Positions 1 to 10,740 of a stretch of DNA of 64,000 nucleotides are shown piece after piece; position 1 is the first letter of the stretch, and every line of letters begins with the position of its first letter. The notes under the pieces are model-generated. The model was not told the DNA's origin. It saw only the letters and a list, made by a program, of their open reading frames with translations, and made no database searches. The position numbers were made by a program, and so were the translations under genes. Origin of the DNA: Felis catus (Eukaryota); the NCBI RefSeq assembly GCF_018350175.1, contig NC_058368.1, positions 158,164,001 through 158,228,000 of the forward strand, given 5' to 3'.

Positions 1-137
1 TTAAAAAATACTACCTTCTGGTATTATGACTTCTAGAAGTACTTTGCTTTTAATTATGGTGTGAAATACTTGCAGATATTTGAAGTAGGATGAATGAAAT
101 CAACCTTTTTGCAGGTTTTGTAACAAAGCATTCAAAG

Positions 138-515
138 CAGTGCTTTCAAACCTGAATAAGTGGGCTCCTGGGTGGCTCGGTTGGTTGAGTGTCTGACTTT
201 GGCTCAGGTCATGATCTCATGGTCTTTGAGTTCAAGCCCCGCATCAGGCTCTGTGCTGAGAGCTCAGAGCCTGGAGCCTGCTCTGGATTCTGTGTCTCCC
301 TCTCTCTCTCTGCCCCTCCCTCACTCATTTTCTCTCTCTCTCTCTCTCTCTCTCTGTCAAAAATAAATAAACATTTTTTAAAAAGTTAAAAAAAAAAAAC
401 CCTGAACATGTGTAGAAATCACCCAAGGGCCTTGTTAGAATTCGGATACTGATCCAGTATGTCTGAGGCAGGGTCTGACATTTGGCATTTCCAACAAGCT
501 CCCAGGGAATACTAA
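138..515. mobile_element. MER5-like hAT-Charlie DNA transposon remnant interrupted by a Can-SINE
   Basis: Starts with cagtgctttcaaa terminal motif; resumes after the SINE with gaaatcacc...ttgttagaa...gcatttccaacaagctcccagg, typical of MER5A/B. Confidence 0.55.
162..399 (+). mobile_element. Can-SINE (SINEC_Fc-type, tRNA-derived)
   Basis: gggctcctgggtggctc head, (CT)n stretch, aataaa/A tail, cctgaa repeated in both flanks. Confidence 0.95.
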
Positions 516-1085
516 TGAAATGTGTCCCATTTTAAAGCACTGAGCTTACATTCTGGAACACGTTAAATAGTTAGTAAACATTAGCTCTTGGCATCGTGAC
601 TTCCAGAAGCCTCTTTGCTTTGAATAACAGTTTGAAATACTTTCAGAATTTTGGAGTACATGGACATATACCGGAATCTATATTCATCAAAACCAGGAGA
701 TGATTACATGATCTGTTTTTAATTGTTTTGTGTAGGTTGAAAAATGGGGAGTATTTTTTCCTCTTTTTAATGAGCTGCTTCTGTCTCCCCTGCACTCACT
801 CAGATACTTTTCTTCATGTGCTTTCACTTCCCTTCTATGTGAAATGCCCTCCTTTGTCTTTCTTACCCAAATTGTAACCTGACCACAAGGTCCAGCTCTT
901 TCAGAAGAAATGTAGCTCTCAGAACATGCATACTTTACCATGCAACACTGCATTGTGTGACTCTGAAATGATAATACCACGTTTTAAGTAAAACTTCCAG
1001 CACTAATATACTTGACAATCAATGTTTATGACACTGGTTCCATTGCTTAGAAAAGTTTTGGAATTTGTTCTTTAGAATTGCCTCT

Positions 1086-1430
1086 GCATTAGTCACAATG
1101 CATTAGGCTATGTTGTGTGACCAAAATATTCCAAAATCTCATTAGCTTAATGTTACAAAAGCTTATTTTTCACTCATCATATTCCAGTGTAAATCAGGGA
1201 GCTTTCGTGCAGACTCTGCTCCAAATAGTGATCCAGGAATTAAGGCCCTTTCCATTGTGTGAACCTGCCATCTTGGAATGCTTGGTTATGGGCTAAGAAG
1301 AGCATGGACAACTGTCCAGGAGATCTATGATCAGGACTGGAAGGGGCTTCCATATGTCACTGGCCAAAATCCAATCAAGTGACCCCAAGCTAACTCTGAG
1401 GATCTAGCAAATTTATATGCCTAGCTAGAG
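1086..1430. mobile_element. Old MaLR LTR (MLT1K/L-like)
   Basis: attagtc...ggctatgttgtgtgacc...aaaatctcattagcttaa...aaagcttatttttcactcat motif succession of MLT1 LTRs. Confidence 0.55.
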
Positions 1431-2018
1431 GAAATAATATTGGTGGAGTGACTCCACACAGAGTCATGGAGCAGGATGTGAGGAAGATCAGTTGCCCTGT
1501 GTTAAAAAGCTTTCAGTCAGTGTCTGAGGCAAAGTTGTATGCGATCATTAGTTATAAGTATGTAGAGATGCTAATTCCTTCAGTTCCCAGGGTGGCTAGA
1601 CAGAGATTATGGCAGCTGAGAGGACCATCCCCCCCTGCCAGGTTACCCACACTGGTCATAAACAGCCATGTCCATTTTACGCCAGTGTGCCATTCAAATA
1701 CCATTTTGTGGTATGAAAAAGAGAAGTACTACTATATGGTCATATCTAGTTATTGACCAAAAGTCATATCATCTGATTTGGCCACTATTCTTGGCTCTTC
1801 TCCCAAAACAAATTTTCCTCCAAAATAGCATCCTAATTATAGAAACTCAAACTAGAGTGCTATATAATCTAGAGGTAATTCTAAGAGAAGTTCCAAAAAT
1901 ATTCTAATTGGTGGCATTTCCAGGATAAATGTTAAAAGTCATTAGGGGGCTACTGTGAAAGGGATAGCCTTCATTTTTATGTTTGAAATAGTGTGCTTGT
2001 TAAAATAGAAGTATCACT

Positions 2019-2216
2019 CTTTTCACTTGGCATATGCTCCCTAGGTTCATCCACATTGTCTCAAAGGCCACAATGTCATCCTTTTTTGTGGCTGCATAAT
2101 ATTCCTGTGTGTTTATTCATGCACACATCTTGAATCACTATGTTGTACACCTGAAACTAATGTAACATTGTGTATAAAGTGTACTCAAATAAATACAAAA
2201 ATAAAAATAAAAATAG
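2019..2216. mobile_element. Short L1 3' end with an inverted 5' portion
   Basis: 2019-2130 is antisense L1 3' sequence; 2131-2216 is the sense L1 terminus (tgaatcactatgttgtacacctgaaactaat...A-rich tail). Confidence 0.7.
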
Positions 2217-2372
2217 CAATATTATCATATTATACAGGTTATCTCTATCCAGCCTGGAATAATTATCTTTTTTTCCCTCATCCTCCTGTTCTTTGTCTTC
2301 CTCTTTCTCTTTCCCCTTTTTCTTCCTTATTTCAACTATTTTAAAGGCTATGTATTTTCCCCTTTGTGTCAT

Positions 2373-2393
2373 ACACACACACACACACACACG

Positions 2394-2430
<37 letters not shown>
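2373..2430. repeat. (CA)n microsatellite
   Basis: Direct reading. Confidence 0.98.
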
Positions 2431-2652
2431 AGTAGCTTGCTGGCCAGTCTATTGATATGTGCCCCCCAAAAAAGTTACTAGATGTTTAATTTATTCTGTA
2501 GACATGTTGATTAAAAAAAATAGATTTAAGCTGATGTAGGAAATCTTTCAAAGTGCAGTATTTTAAGAATTTTCCTCCCAGAGATAAATATTTAATATCA
2601 GAATCATTTATTTGGAAGGATTTCACTCCTCTCTAGTAATCGCAGCCATATG

Positions 2653-2878
2653 GGGGTGCCTGGGTGGCTCAGTCGGTTGAGCATCTGACTTAGTCTCAGG
2701 TCATGATCTTGGGGGTCATGGGTTTGAGCTGGCATTAGGCTCTGTGCTGACAGCTCAGAGACTGGAGCCTGCTTCAGATTCTGTGTCTCTCTCTCCCTTT
2801 GCCCCTCACCTTCTCATGCTCTGTCTCTCTCTCACTCTCTCTCAAGAGTAAATAAACATTAAAAAAAATTTTTTATTA
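2653..2878 (+). mobile_element. Can-SINE
   Basis: Canonical head/body/tail; TSD taatc[g/a]cagccatatg at 2637-2652 and 2879-2894. Confidence 0.95.
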
Positions 2879-3669
2879 TAATCACAGCCATATGTTAATA
2901 TTAGCCACTCCCTTTTGTACATTATCTTCCTTTCTGAATTGTTTCATGCATGTAAGAATTCCAGAAATTACAAAAAAAATATATATATATATCTACCACT
3001 GACCTTGTATTATTAAACATTACAGATCCTATTGAAACGTTGGGTCCTTATTGGAATGCCATCATCTCTCCCTTTACAGGAGGAGCTATGAGCCTAAATT
3101 TGATATTTATTATGAAGATGCCTATATTGTTTCTTAGTTCCTATGAACAGATACAGAAACAATTTACTAATATTTTGCAGGTTTGAAAATTTTATAAATA
3201 ACATATGGTTTATATATTTGACAATTGCTTTGCTTTCTTTTTATTATTTGCCTAACATTGTGCTTCCAAGGTGTGTGCTATCATTTACAGCTCTAATCCA
3301 TTTGTTTTAACTGCTATATGGCATTCAGTACCATGAGAAAATGTATTCATTTATCCTCCTGTGTTAGTGTACTTCTGGTTGTTTCCACACTTCTGCTTTT
3401 ACAAGGAGAGCTTCATAAAGTTCTTGGAAGTGTCTCCTTGGGCACTTGTTCTAAATCATTTCCAGGACAAATGCATAGGAATGGTATTGGTGGCTTTATA
3501 AGGTCATGCTTTTAACTTTACAGGGTTATGCCAGTTGTCCTCCACGGGTTCTGGGCTGGTTTTCATCCACACTGAGAATAAAGGAGAGTCCCTACTGGCT
3601 TCTTCAGTTGGTATCATAACACTCAAGCTGATTGTTGTAAAATATGATTATTTTATTCTCATTATTCCT

Positions 3670-4140
3670 TTTTTAAAAAAATTGTTTTATTGGGGTATAA
3701 GTGACATGTAACATTATATTGGTGTTAGATGTACAACATAATGATGTGTGTATAATGATAAATGATTACCAAACTAAGGCTAGTTAACATCTATCCATGT
3801 GTCACACCATACAGCTTTAACTGTTAGTTTTATATTAAATCTTGATATGTGGTAGAGTGACTCTCTCATCTGATTCTTCTCTTTCAGGTTGTCTAGCTAT
3901 TTTTAGTCCTCTTTTTACATGAATTTTAGAGTCAGCCTGTCAAGTTCAACAAAGAGCCCAGTTGAGGTTGTAATTTGAATTGCATTAGTAGAGATTAATT
4001 TGAAGAGGTCTGACAGCTTTACATTATTGAGTCTTCCTATCCTTGAACATGGTTTCATCTTTCTCTTTAAGTATTCTTGAATGTCTTTCAATGAAATTTT
4101 ATACTTTTTTTCATAAATGCACATCTTTTGTTAGTTTTAA
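3670..4140 (-). mobile_element. Old L1 fragments (L1M 3' end and ORF2-derived)
   Basis: ttattggggtataagtgacatgtaacattat...; the minus-strand ORF 3915-4124 (KPCSRIGRLNNVKLSDLFKLI...NAIQI) resembles L1 ORF2. Confidence 0.75.
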
Positions 4141-4477
4141 TAGTAGGCACCTTATATTTTTTACTACTGTACATTTTCTGTTTAAATCCTCACAGTGCTG
4201 TGAGTTAGATATTTTCATGATTATTTCACAGCTAAGAAAATCAAGGCTCAAAAAGGTTAGGTAATTCACCCCATGTCTTTAGTAGTAGAGATGGAATATA
4301 AAATAAGTGCTGTCTGACCCCAAGTCCAGTGCTCTTAACATCCGCTTTATGATGTTTCTTGTGCTGGGTGTCTGTGATGACAGCTTTTTTTTTTAAGGAA
4401 ATAATGTAAGGATGTTTACAGGCACAAAGTAGGAATAAAATAAGAATCATTAATCTCTCCGGGGAAAACTTGAAAAG

Positions 4478-4868
4478 CAGTGCTTTTCAAACTTTATGTC
4501 TATACAAGTGATCTGGAGCTCCCGTTAGAATGTTCATCTCAATCGGTCGGTCTAGAGTCGAGTCTGAGATTCTGTTTTTCCAACCAACTCTTTTATTTAG
4601 GGATTCACAAAGGTCTTTCAAAGAAAGGTTTTACATTTTTCATAACCGGACATCCTTAAATTTAATAATGCTAGGTACCTTATATTTTGATTATTACTGC
4701 TCACGTTATCTACCTTTCTGTATTAATCCTCACAGTGCTCTGAGTTAGAGATTTTATCACCAGGGAAGCTAGGTTTGGAAAGGTTAAGTAACTCACCAAA
4801 TTCCTTGATAGTAAATGGTAGGTAAGACCAGGACGGCTAGTCCGAGGAACTTACTTTGAGAACCACTG
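4478..4868. mobile_element. MER5-like DNA transposon carrying an internal ~240-bp insert
   Basis: Terminal inverted repeats cagtgcttttcaaa (4478-4491) and tttgagaaccactg (4855-4868). Confidence 0.65.
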
Positions 4869-4926
4869 CCCTATATAGTCGCCTCTGGCAAGGGACTCTT
4901 TAATGAACAATTATTAAAGGTGAGAA

Positions 4927-4945
4927 CTCCACCAGATGGCAGCAG
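4927..4945 (+). promoter_or_regulatory. Candidate CTCF binding motif
   Basis: ctCCACCAGATGGCAGCAg matches core CCACYAGRKGGCRS; motif match only. Confidence 0.5.
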
Positions 4946-5514
4946 AAGCTCATCATTTTATCTTGAGTGATTTTTCACTTCCCTCTGGATGAAGTATCTG
5001 ACATTGGCAGAGGCCCACCTTCTCAGACTGTTTCAGGGAAATGAATCGGGTTCCCTTGTCTCCTGAGGCTCTGTGATGTACAACCTGCTGTAGCGCTGCA
5101 GCATTGACAATGAGTTTTCACCAAGAGCATCCAGCTGGGACAGGGTATCATGCCCGCAAGCTTCTTCCAAAAAGCTTATTTCAAGAGGCTTGTAAATGAG
5201 AATGAAAAACTGTTTTCCATCAGTTGCTTTTTCATCACTGTGAGTTCAGTTTGGGCACTTAACCAAGAATAGGAGGCATGGTTTGAAATGTCTGGCAGGA
5301 TATGAGAGGAGGAAATGATTCATTCTCTGTGGGGGAAGGGGAAACTGTTCAGGAAGATAAATCTGAATCTGAGTCCAAAGATTCTGGGAAAATCCAAATA
5401 GTATGCCCGTGGACCATTAGTCTCACGTCAGACTATTAGCCACAGGCCCAGCTTGTGCCAATGGGCCTCAGGCCATCCCTCTTATTCAGTGCTTTTTTTT
5501 TTTCTTCTGAACCT

Positions 5515-5515
<1 letters not shown>

Positions 5516-5578
<63 letters not shown>
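5516..5578. repeat. poly(A)+(TA)n microsatellite
   Basis: Direct reading. Confidence 0.98.
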
Positions 5579-5583
<5 letters not shown>

Positions 5584-6710
5584 CCATGAAAGAGAAACCA
5601 TCAGCTCCTAATGTTCCACCCTGAGCTTGTGAGGTGAAAATACCTCACCCTCATTAAGAAGGATCACAGGCTTGGCTTTTGATTTTTAGTTCAAAAAAAA
5701 ACAACTCACAAGCATAAGCCTGTGCACTGGGGAGGCCCCAGCAGTGGTCTTCAGCGTACTTGGAGCAGGCTGAAGCAACCAATGTCATCCATAGTCCTTC
5801 AGAAGTTCCCACCTCTTCATCTTTCCTTATTCTGCAATAACCATCTCTCCTATTGATGTAGACAGCACTCATCTTACAGTGAACGCTACACAGATTGCCT
5901 CACCAGTGGGGCAAATGGGCATCGTGGAAAATGAAACAAATAGGAAAGGGTAGTTTGAGGCTGTGCTAGGTGACCCTCGCACTGATGGACCCTGCATTAT
6001 TCAGGATGCCAGGCAGGTAGGGCAGGGAGCCTGGGAGGGCTGGCCGAAGGACTGTGGTCATGAGGAGACAACCAGATTATCAGTGGCCCTATTATTTAAA
6101 GGTCGCTGCTTCCAGAATTTGCTGGGAAAGAGAGGGACAGAGAACAGGGTCCATGCCACTGAGGCCACGCCACTTCCCCAGAGTCACATAGCTATGAAGT
6201 ATGGAGCTGGGTGACAAACCCAAGACTGAGGTCGTAGCTCCACTGTATGGGCTTTCAGACACTGGACTACAATACTCAATAGATGTTTGCTGAATTCATG
6301 TATTTATGAGAGAAGTTACACTTTTCAAAAAGCAAACAAGCAAAAATATAAAAGAAAGCACCAAAAATAAGAAACCAACCATCTACAGCTATGTTAATGG
6401 CAAAGAAAGTAAAAAAAGTCTTTGGCAGTTGGCTCTGGACCCCAGGGGCCCCATGGCTCTTTCCTCTGGGTCTGAGGATTCTGGTTCTGTTGCCACGGGA
6501 GTGGTACCAAATTGATGGAGCTTTTAGCCTCACTTCCCTGCCACGGCCTTGACCACTCCTTCTTTATGGCTGTCTGCCTTCTTCCTTTGATGCATCAAGG
6601 CCATAGCCTGAATCATAGGCTAATACACTGGGATTAGTTGCTACTGTGAATCATTTCATAAAACAAAGACACCTTTTACAAAGGGTAAAAATTCTTCCAA
6701 GTTAATTCAC

Positions 6711-6905
6711 CACTGCTTCTCAGCTATTGTTCACAGACTCCCCTGAGGATATGGTGAAAGCTGCAGACCCTCTACCCTATAAAAGAGTATATGTGTGCAG
6801 ACATACACACACACACACACATACACACACACACGAGGGCACAGAATTTCAGGGAGGTTCATGTATCCCTGAATTCTGTCCAGAAATCCCAAGCCAGGAA
6901 CCCTT
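6711..6905. mobile_element. hAT-Charlie remnant (Charlie4z-like) with internal (CA)n
   Basis: gtgaaagctgcagaccctct...aatttcagggaggttcatg...gaaccct resembles recalled consensus. Confidence 0.5.
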
Positions 6906-7489
6906 ACCCTAGATGGCCATTATTTGGGTTTATTTAAGTTGAGACACACAGAATCCCATTGGTGTCATTTAGTAAGAGATAAGCTTAAATAGAAAGGGAT
7001 AGAACTTGGAAGTTACTCATCTTAAATTTGTAGTTTTTGCATCTTCAGGTAGACAAATAATAGTGCTTTTAATACTCTGGAAAAAGTATTTTAATAGGAA
7101 AAATGTAAAGGTACTGTAATAGTTTTTTAAACAGTTACATCTGGAGGACAAGAAGGGCAAAGGATTTGGAGAACATTTCAACACAGTAGGACAAGGACCT
7201 GGGCTCTGCCCCATGCAAGGCAAGTCTCTGCTCCTTGTACAACCACAGGGCTCTATCAGGTGTTAGCTACTGGGTGTGTGGAGTTGGGGTTCCTTGCCTG
7301 GAATGGTAAGACAGCACAGAGGACACTTTAGTTCCATCACACAGTCCTACGAGGTCCACTCCAGGGCCTACTTTCAGAAAGGGGAGCACATTCCCAAGCC
7401 AGAGGTCAAAGTTGAGCATTTTAGGATGCTAGAACCAGCTTTTGAGGAAATCTGAGGTGTGTGCTTTGTTGGGGCTTACAGATGGTATA

Positions 7490-7760
7490 AAACAGCCTTT
7501 GCAGTCAGATGAGCCAGAGTGACCACTGTCCCAGTTGCCTGGTCCTCTCCTGAAAGTCTTTCATCTCAGGAAAACCCTCAGTTCTGGGAAGACTGAGACA
7601 GTTGTTCCCTCTACTGGAGTCTCAGATAATGACCCTGGGCAAGATGCTTAATCTCCCTGAGCCTCAGTTTGCATATCTGCAAAATAAGGCTAATACCCTA
7701 CGTTGGAGAGGTTCATGGAACAATGCAGGTAAATGCCCAGTATTTGGCAGGTAGGCAATA
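7490..7760. mobile_element. MIR interrupted by a MER94-like (hAT-Blackjack) element at ~7516-7612
   Basis: MIR core gaccctgggcaagatgcttaatctccctgagcctcagttt; agagtgacca...ctgtcccagtt...gacagttgttccctcta termini. Confidence 0.6.
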
Positions 7761-8251
7761 AGCAGAATGGCAGTCTTTTACCACTGCTGCTATTGCTGCC
7801 TGGAAGGCCAGGTTTTCAGGGTGCCTCAGGGCTACTCAGATGCATGCACTTCCCTCTTCCATGTCCTCTAGGGTCTGCAGGGCAAAGTATGAGGCCCCAG
7901 ATCTGTCAGGAGTCAGGAGGACTGTACAAGATGAAAATGTGACAGAGGCAAAGCATCTTCAACCCCCTTTCCAAGTCATTTTCTGTTCTTCCTGCCCATT
8001 CTTCCTGCCCATTCTTCCTCTTCACACTCCCCACAGGCATCTCAAACTCCCTGGGTTCCACCTCAAAATCTGACCTCAGGTAAGGAATTGCTAATAGTCA
8101 CTGTACTTTAAATGATTTAAAAGGAACTCCAGAAAATGTTGGCATTTAAATCTCTTGTCTCATAAAATAAAAAACATAATAAAAAATAAAAAAGGCTCTG
8201 TTCTCCTCTTAAAGGGAGTTCATACACCAGAGAGTCTGACCCTTTTATGGC

Positions 8252-8700
8252 TATATTAGGCTAGATTCAACTGCCCATACGAGAAAACACAAGATTAGTT
8301 TAAGCAAGATGGAAGTTGTTCCTTTCTCACATAAAAGGTCTGGTGAGGCAGTTTCATAGCCCATCATGGGCCAAGGCATCTTCATGTTGTCCCTCCCTCT
8401 CCCCAAGTGCTGGCTTCCAATCTGAAGGTTGCTTCCTAGATCCAGAAGGCAGTTGGAGCACCAATCATTATTGATCACTTAAGGGCATAAGAAATAGGAA
8501 AGGTAAAAGGGCAGAAGAGATACCTGCTGACCAAGTCCATTCCAAGTAAACCGTCTTCCAAAAAGTCCCAGGCAACACTTACAGTAGCATCTCATTGGTC
8601 AGAGCTTAATCACATGGTCACTATTAGTTACAAAAGATATTGGGAAATAGCCACTCCTTTGGGTAGATTGCATCTTCACAAAAAGTAAGGTTCAGATACT
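8252..8700. mobile_element. Old MaLR LTR (MLT1J/K-like)
   Basis: gtttaagcaagatggaagtt...tctcacata; atctcattggtcagagcttaatcacatggtcac motifs. Confidence 0.55.
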
Positions 8701-9751
8701 AAGGAAGAAAAGGAAAATGCACCTAAAAAAGCCAGCAAATGGGGAGACTGCACTGGTAAAATCTTCTGTCCTTGTTTTCCCTGGTGGCTGGTTGATCAGA
8801 ATCACCATAGCTTCAAGCCCCTCTGTTCCCCAGTTCTGGTGACCAGACCAAATTTGGGCACCCCTCGGTGACCAATAAAAGAAAGAATGAAGGGAATTAT
8901 ACTAATACTGGAGGGGGTTACATTTAGTTTCTAGTTACTAGGTCAGATTTCCAAGCGATATTCTGTCTGAGGATTTTAAAAACCACAGTATACTTTTCGC
9001 TGATCTGTGGGTTTAAGGATTTTTACATTCCCTTAGGATTCTATTTATAAATTTCTGGTTGTTCCTCAATTGGGTTATGAAATTAAATTCTGAAAGCAGC
9101 CAGAAACTCTTATGAACAAAGGCTATTTCTTTTCTACCATTTATTGATCATGCCTCACATCCAAAATGTGTAATGACCAATGAGCATTCAGTTCATGACT
9201 TAGAGTTGGTAACATAGTGGTGGCTGATTGTTGAGGAAAAAATTAATCTGATGGGACAATTTCTTGCCTGTCACCAAAAGAATAAATCATTTTAACTTAG
9301 TTTCTGCTTGCAGACTGTAGCTAGGATTTCTCAGCTTATAGTACCAAAGACATCGGATGGATATAATGCACACAGTACTGAACCTAATGTCCAGTATATT
9401 CTCCTGATTCTTTTTCTATGGACATGTGATTCTCTATAACATTCAGGCTTAATTTCAGTAGTGCAGGTCATAAACTAAATCACCCTTTCAGCTAAAATAG
9501 CAATGGGAAAGACGTGCTGGAGTTGACCGCACAAATATGACAGCTATGATCTATGGTGGAAGCACCATTAGATATGTGAGTCTGACCAATCAGGAGAGTA
9601 GGAAACATTAAGTGCCCTGGAGAGCATCTACCTATTTAGGGAAAACATTGAAAACAAAGGAAAACGGAGTATATTCATTTTAAACTGAAAAAATGAAAAT
9701 GGACACTCCCTTTTCTCAAGAGAGAAAAGCAACATTTGAAATGTACAAGCC

Positions 9752-9785
9752 ATTGATTCTCGGCCTTTTGGCTGAGATCAAGTGT
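9752..9785 (+). pseudogene. RNU2: 3'-truncated U2 snRNA retropseudogene (nt 1-34)
   Basis: attgattctcggccttttggctgagatcaagtgt vs U2 atcgcttctcggccttttggctaagatcaagtgt (31/34); direct repeat aatgtacaagccat at 9740-9753 and 9788-9801. Confidence 0.92.
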
Positions 9786-10269
9786 GCAATGTACAAGCCA
9801 TGTGCAGACTCATCCTTTGTGGAACCCTCTAGAAGGAGATGATACATTGCCAGCAGCAACATTAGCAGGTAGGGTATATTAGTCCTGATGGAGGAGGGCT
9901 TAGCACAGACTGCCTTCTGAAGTCAAAGCAGTCAGTCATGTCTAGTTGTGTCTCTTAGTGAAATGCCTCATTACACAAGGAATGTAAATCATTCTTCCTC
10001 CACAAAATGGTTGTATCTGTGGTATTTCATAAATTGCATCAGACCCAATGTACCTCAATAATTTTTATAACCTGATGCTCTTCTTCTGTGATTGTGTGTT
10101 AGTCTTAGTGACAGTTCATAGACTCTTATACACAGTAATAGCATTTGTTTTTATTAGTTTCAAAACAAGCCATGAAGGGAATATTAAAGTTAATGGACAC
10201 TGCTAAATTCATAGCATAGTACATGGGCTTGAGCATGGAACCTTTGTGTTAATGCTTTGACAACTCAAC

Positions 10270-10300
<31 letters not shown>

Positions 10301-10310
10301 GCAACTGTCA

Positions 10311-10520
10311 GGGCACCTGGGTGGCTCAGTCAGTTAAGCAACTGACCTCAGCTCAGGTCATGATCTCATGGTTTGTGAGTTTGAGCTCCGCATGGGGCAG
10401 CTCAGAGACTGGAGCCTGCTTTAGATCCTGTATCTCCCTTTCTTTCTTCGCCCCTCCCCCACTTGTGCTCTTTCTCTGACTCTCAAAAATGAATTAATGT
10501 TAAAAAAATGTTTTAAAAAA
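10311..10520 (+). mobile_element. Can-SINE, preceded by (AAT)n at ~10270-10299
   Basis: Canonical structure; TSD gcaactgtca 10301-10310 / 10529-10538. Confidence 0.93.
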
Positions 10521-10549
10521 TAATCGTAGCAACTGTCAACGTGGAGTGC

Positions 10550-10740
10550 CCCATTGGAGCTAGACACTTTACTAATAGCTTTACATACATAATCTCATTT
10601 AATTCTCCCAACAACACTCTAACGGTGTATTTCTATCCTCATTTTTGAGAACAGGAAAGTAAGGTTCAAGGTCTCAGTGATATCAAGTGGTAGTGTGGTT
10701 ATTTAAATCTGGGTCCGTCTGAATCAAATTCCATGCCATT
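10550..10740 (-). mobile_element. MIR
   Basis: atctcatttaattctcccaacaac...atcctcatttttgagaacaggaaagtaaggttca. Confidence 0.7.
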
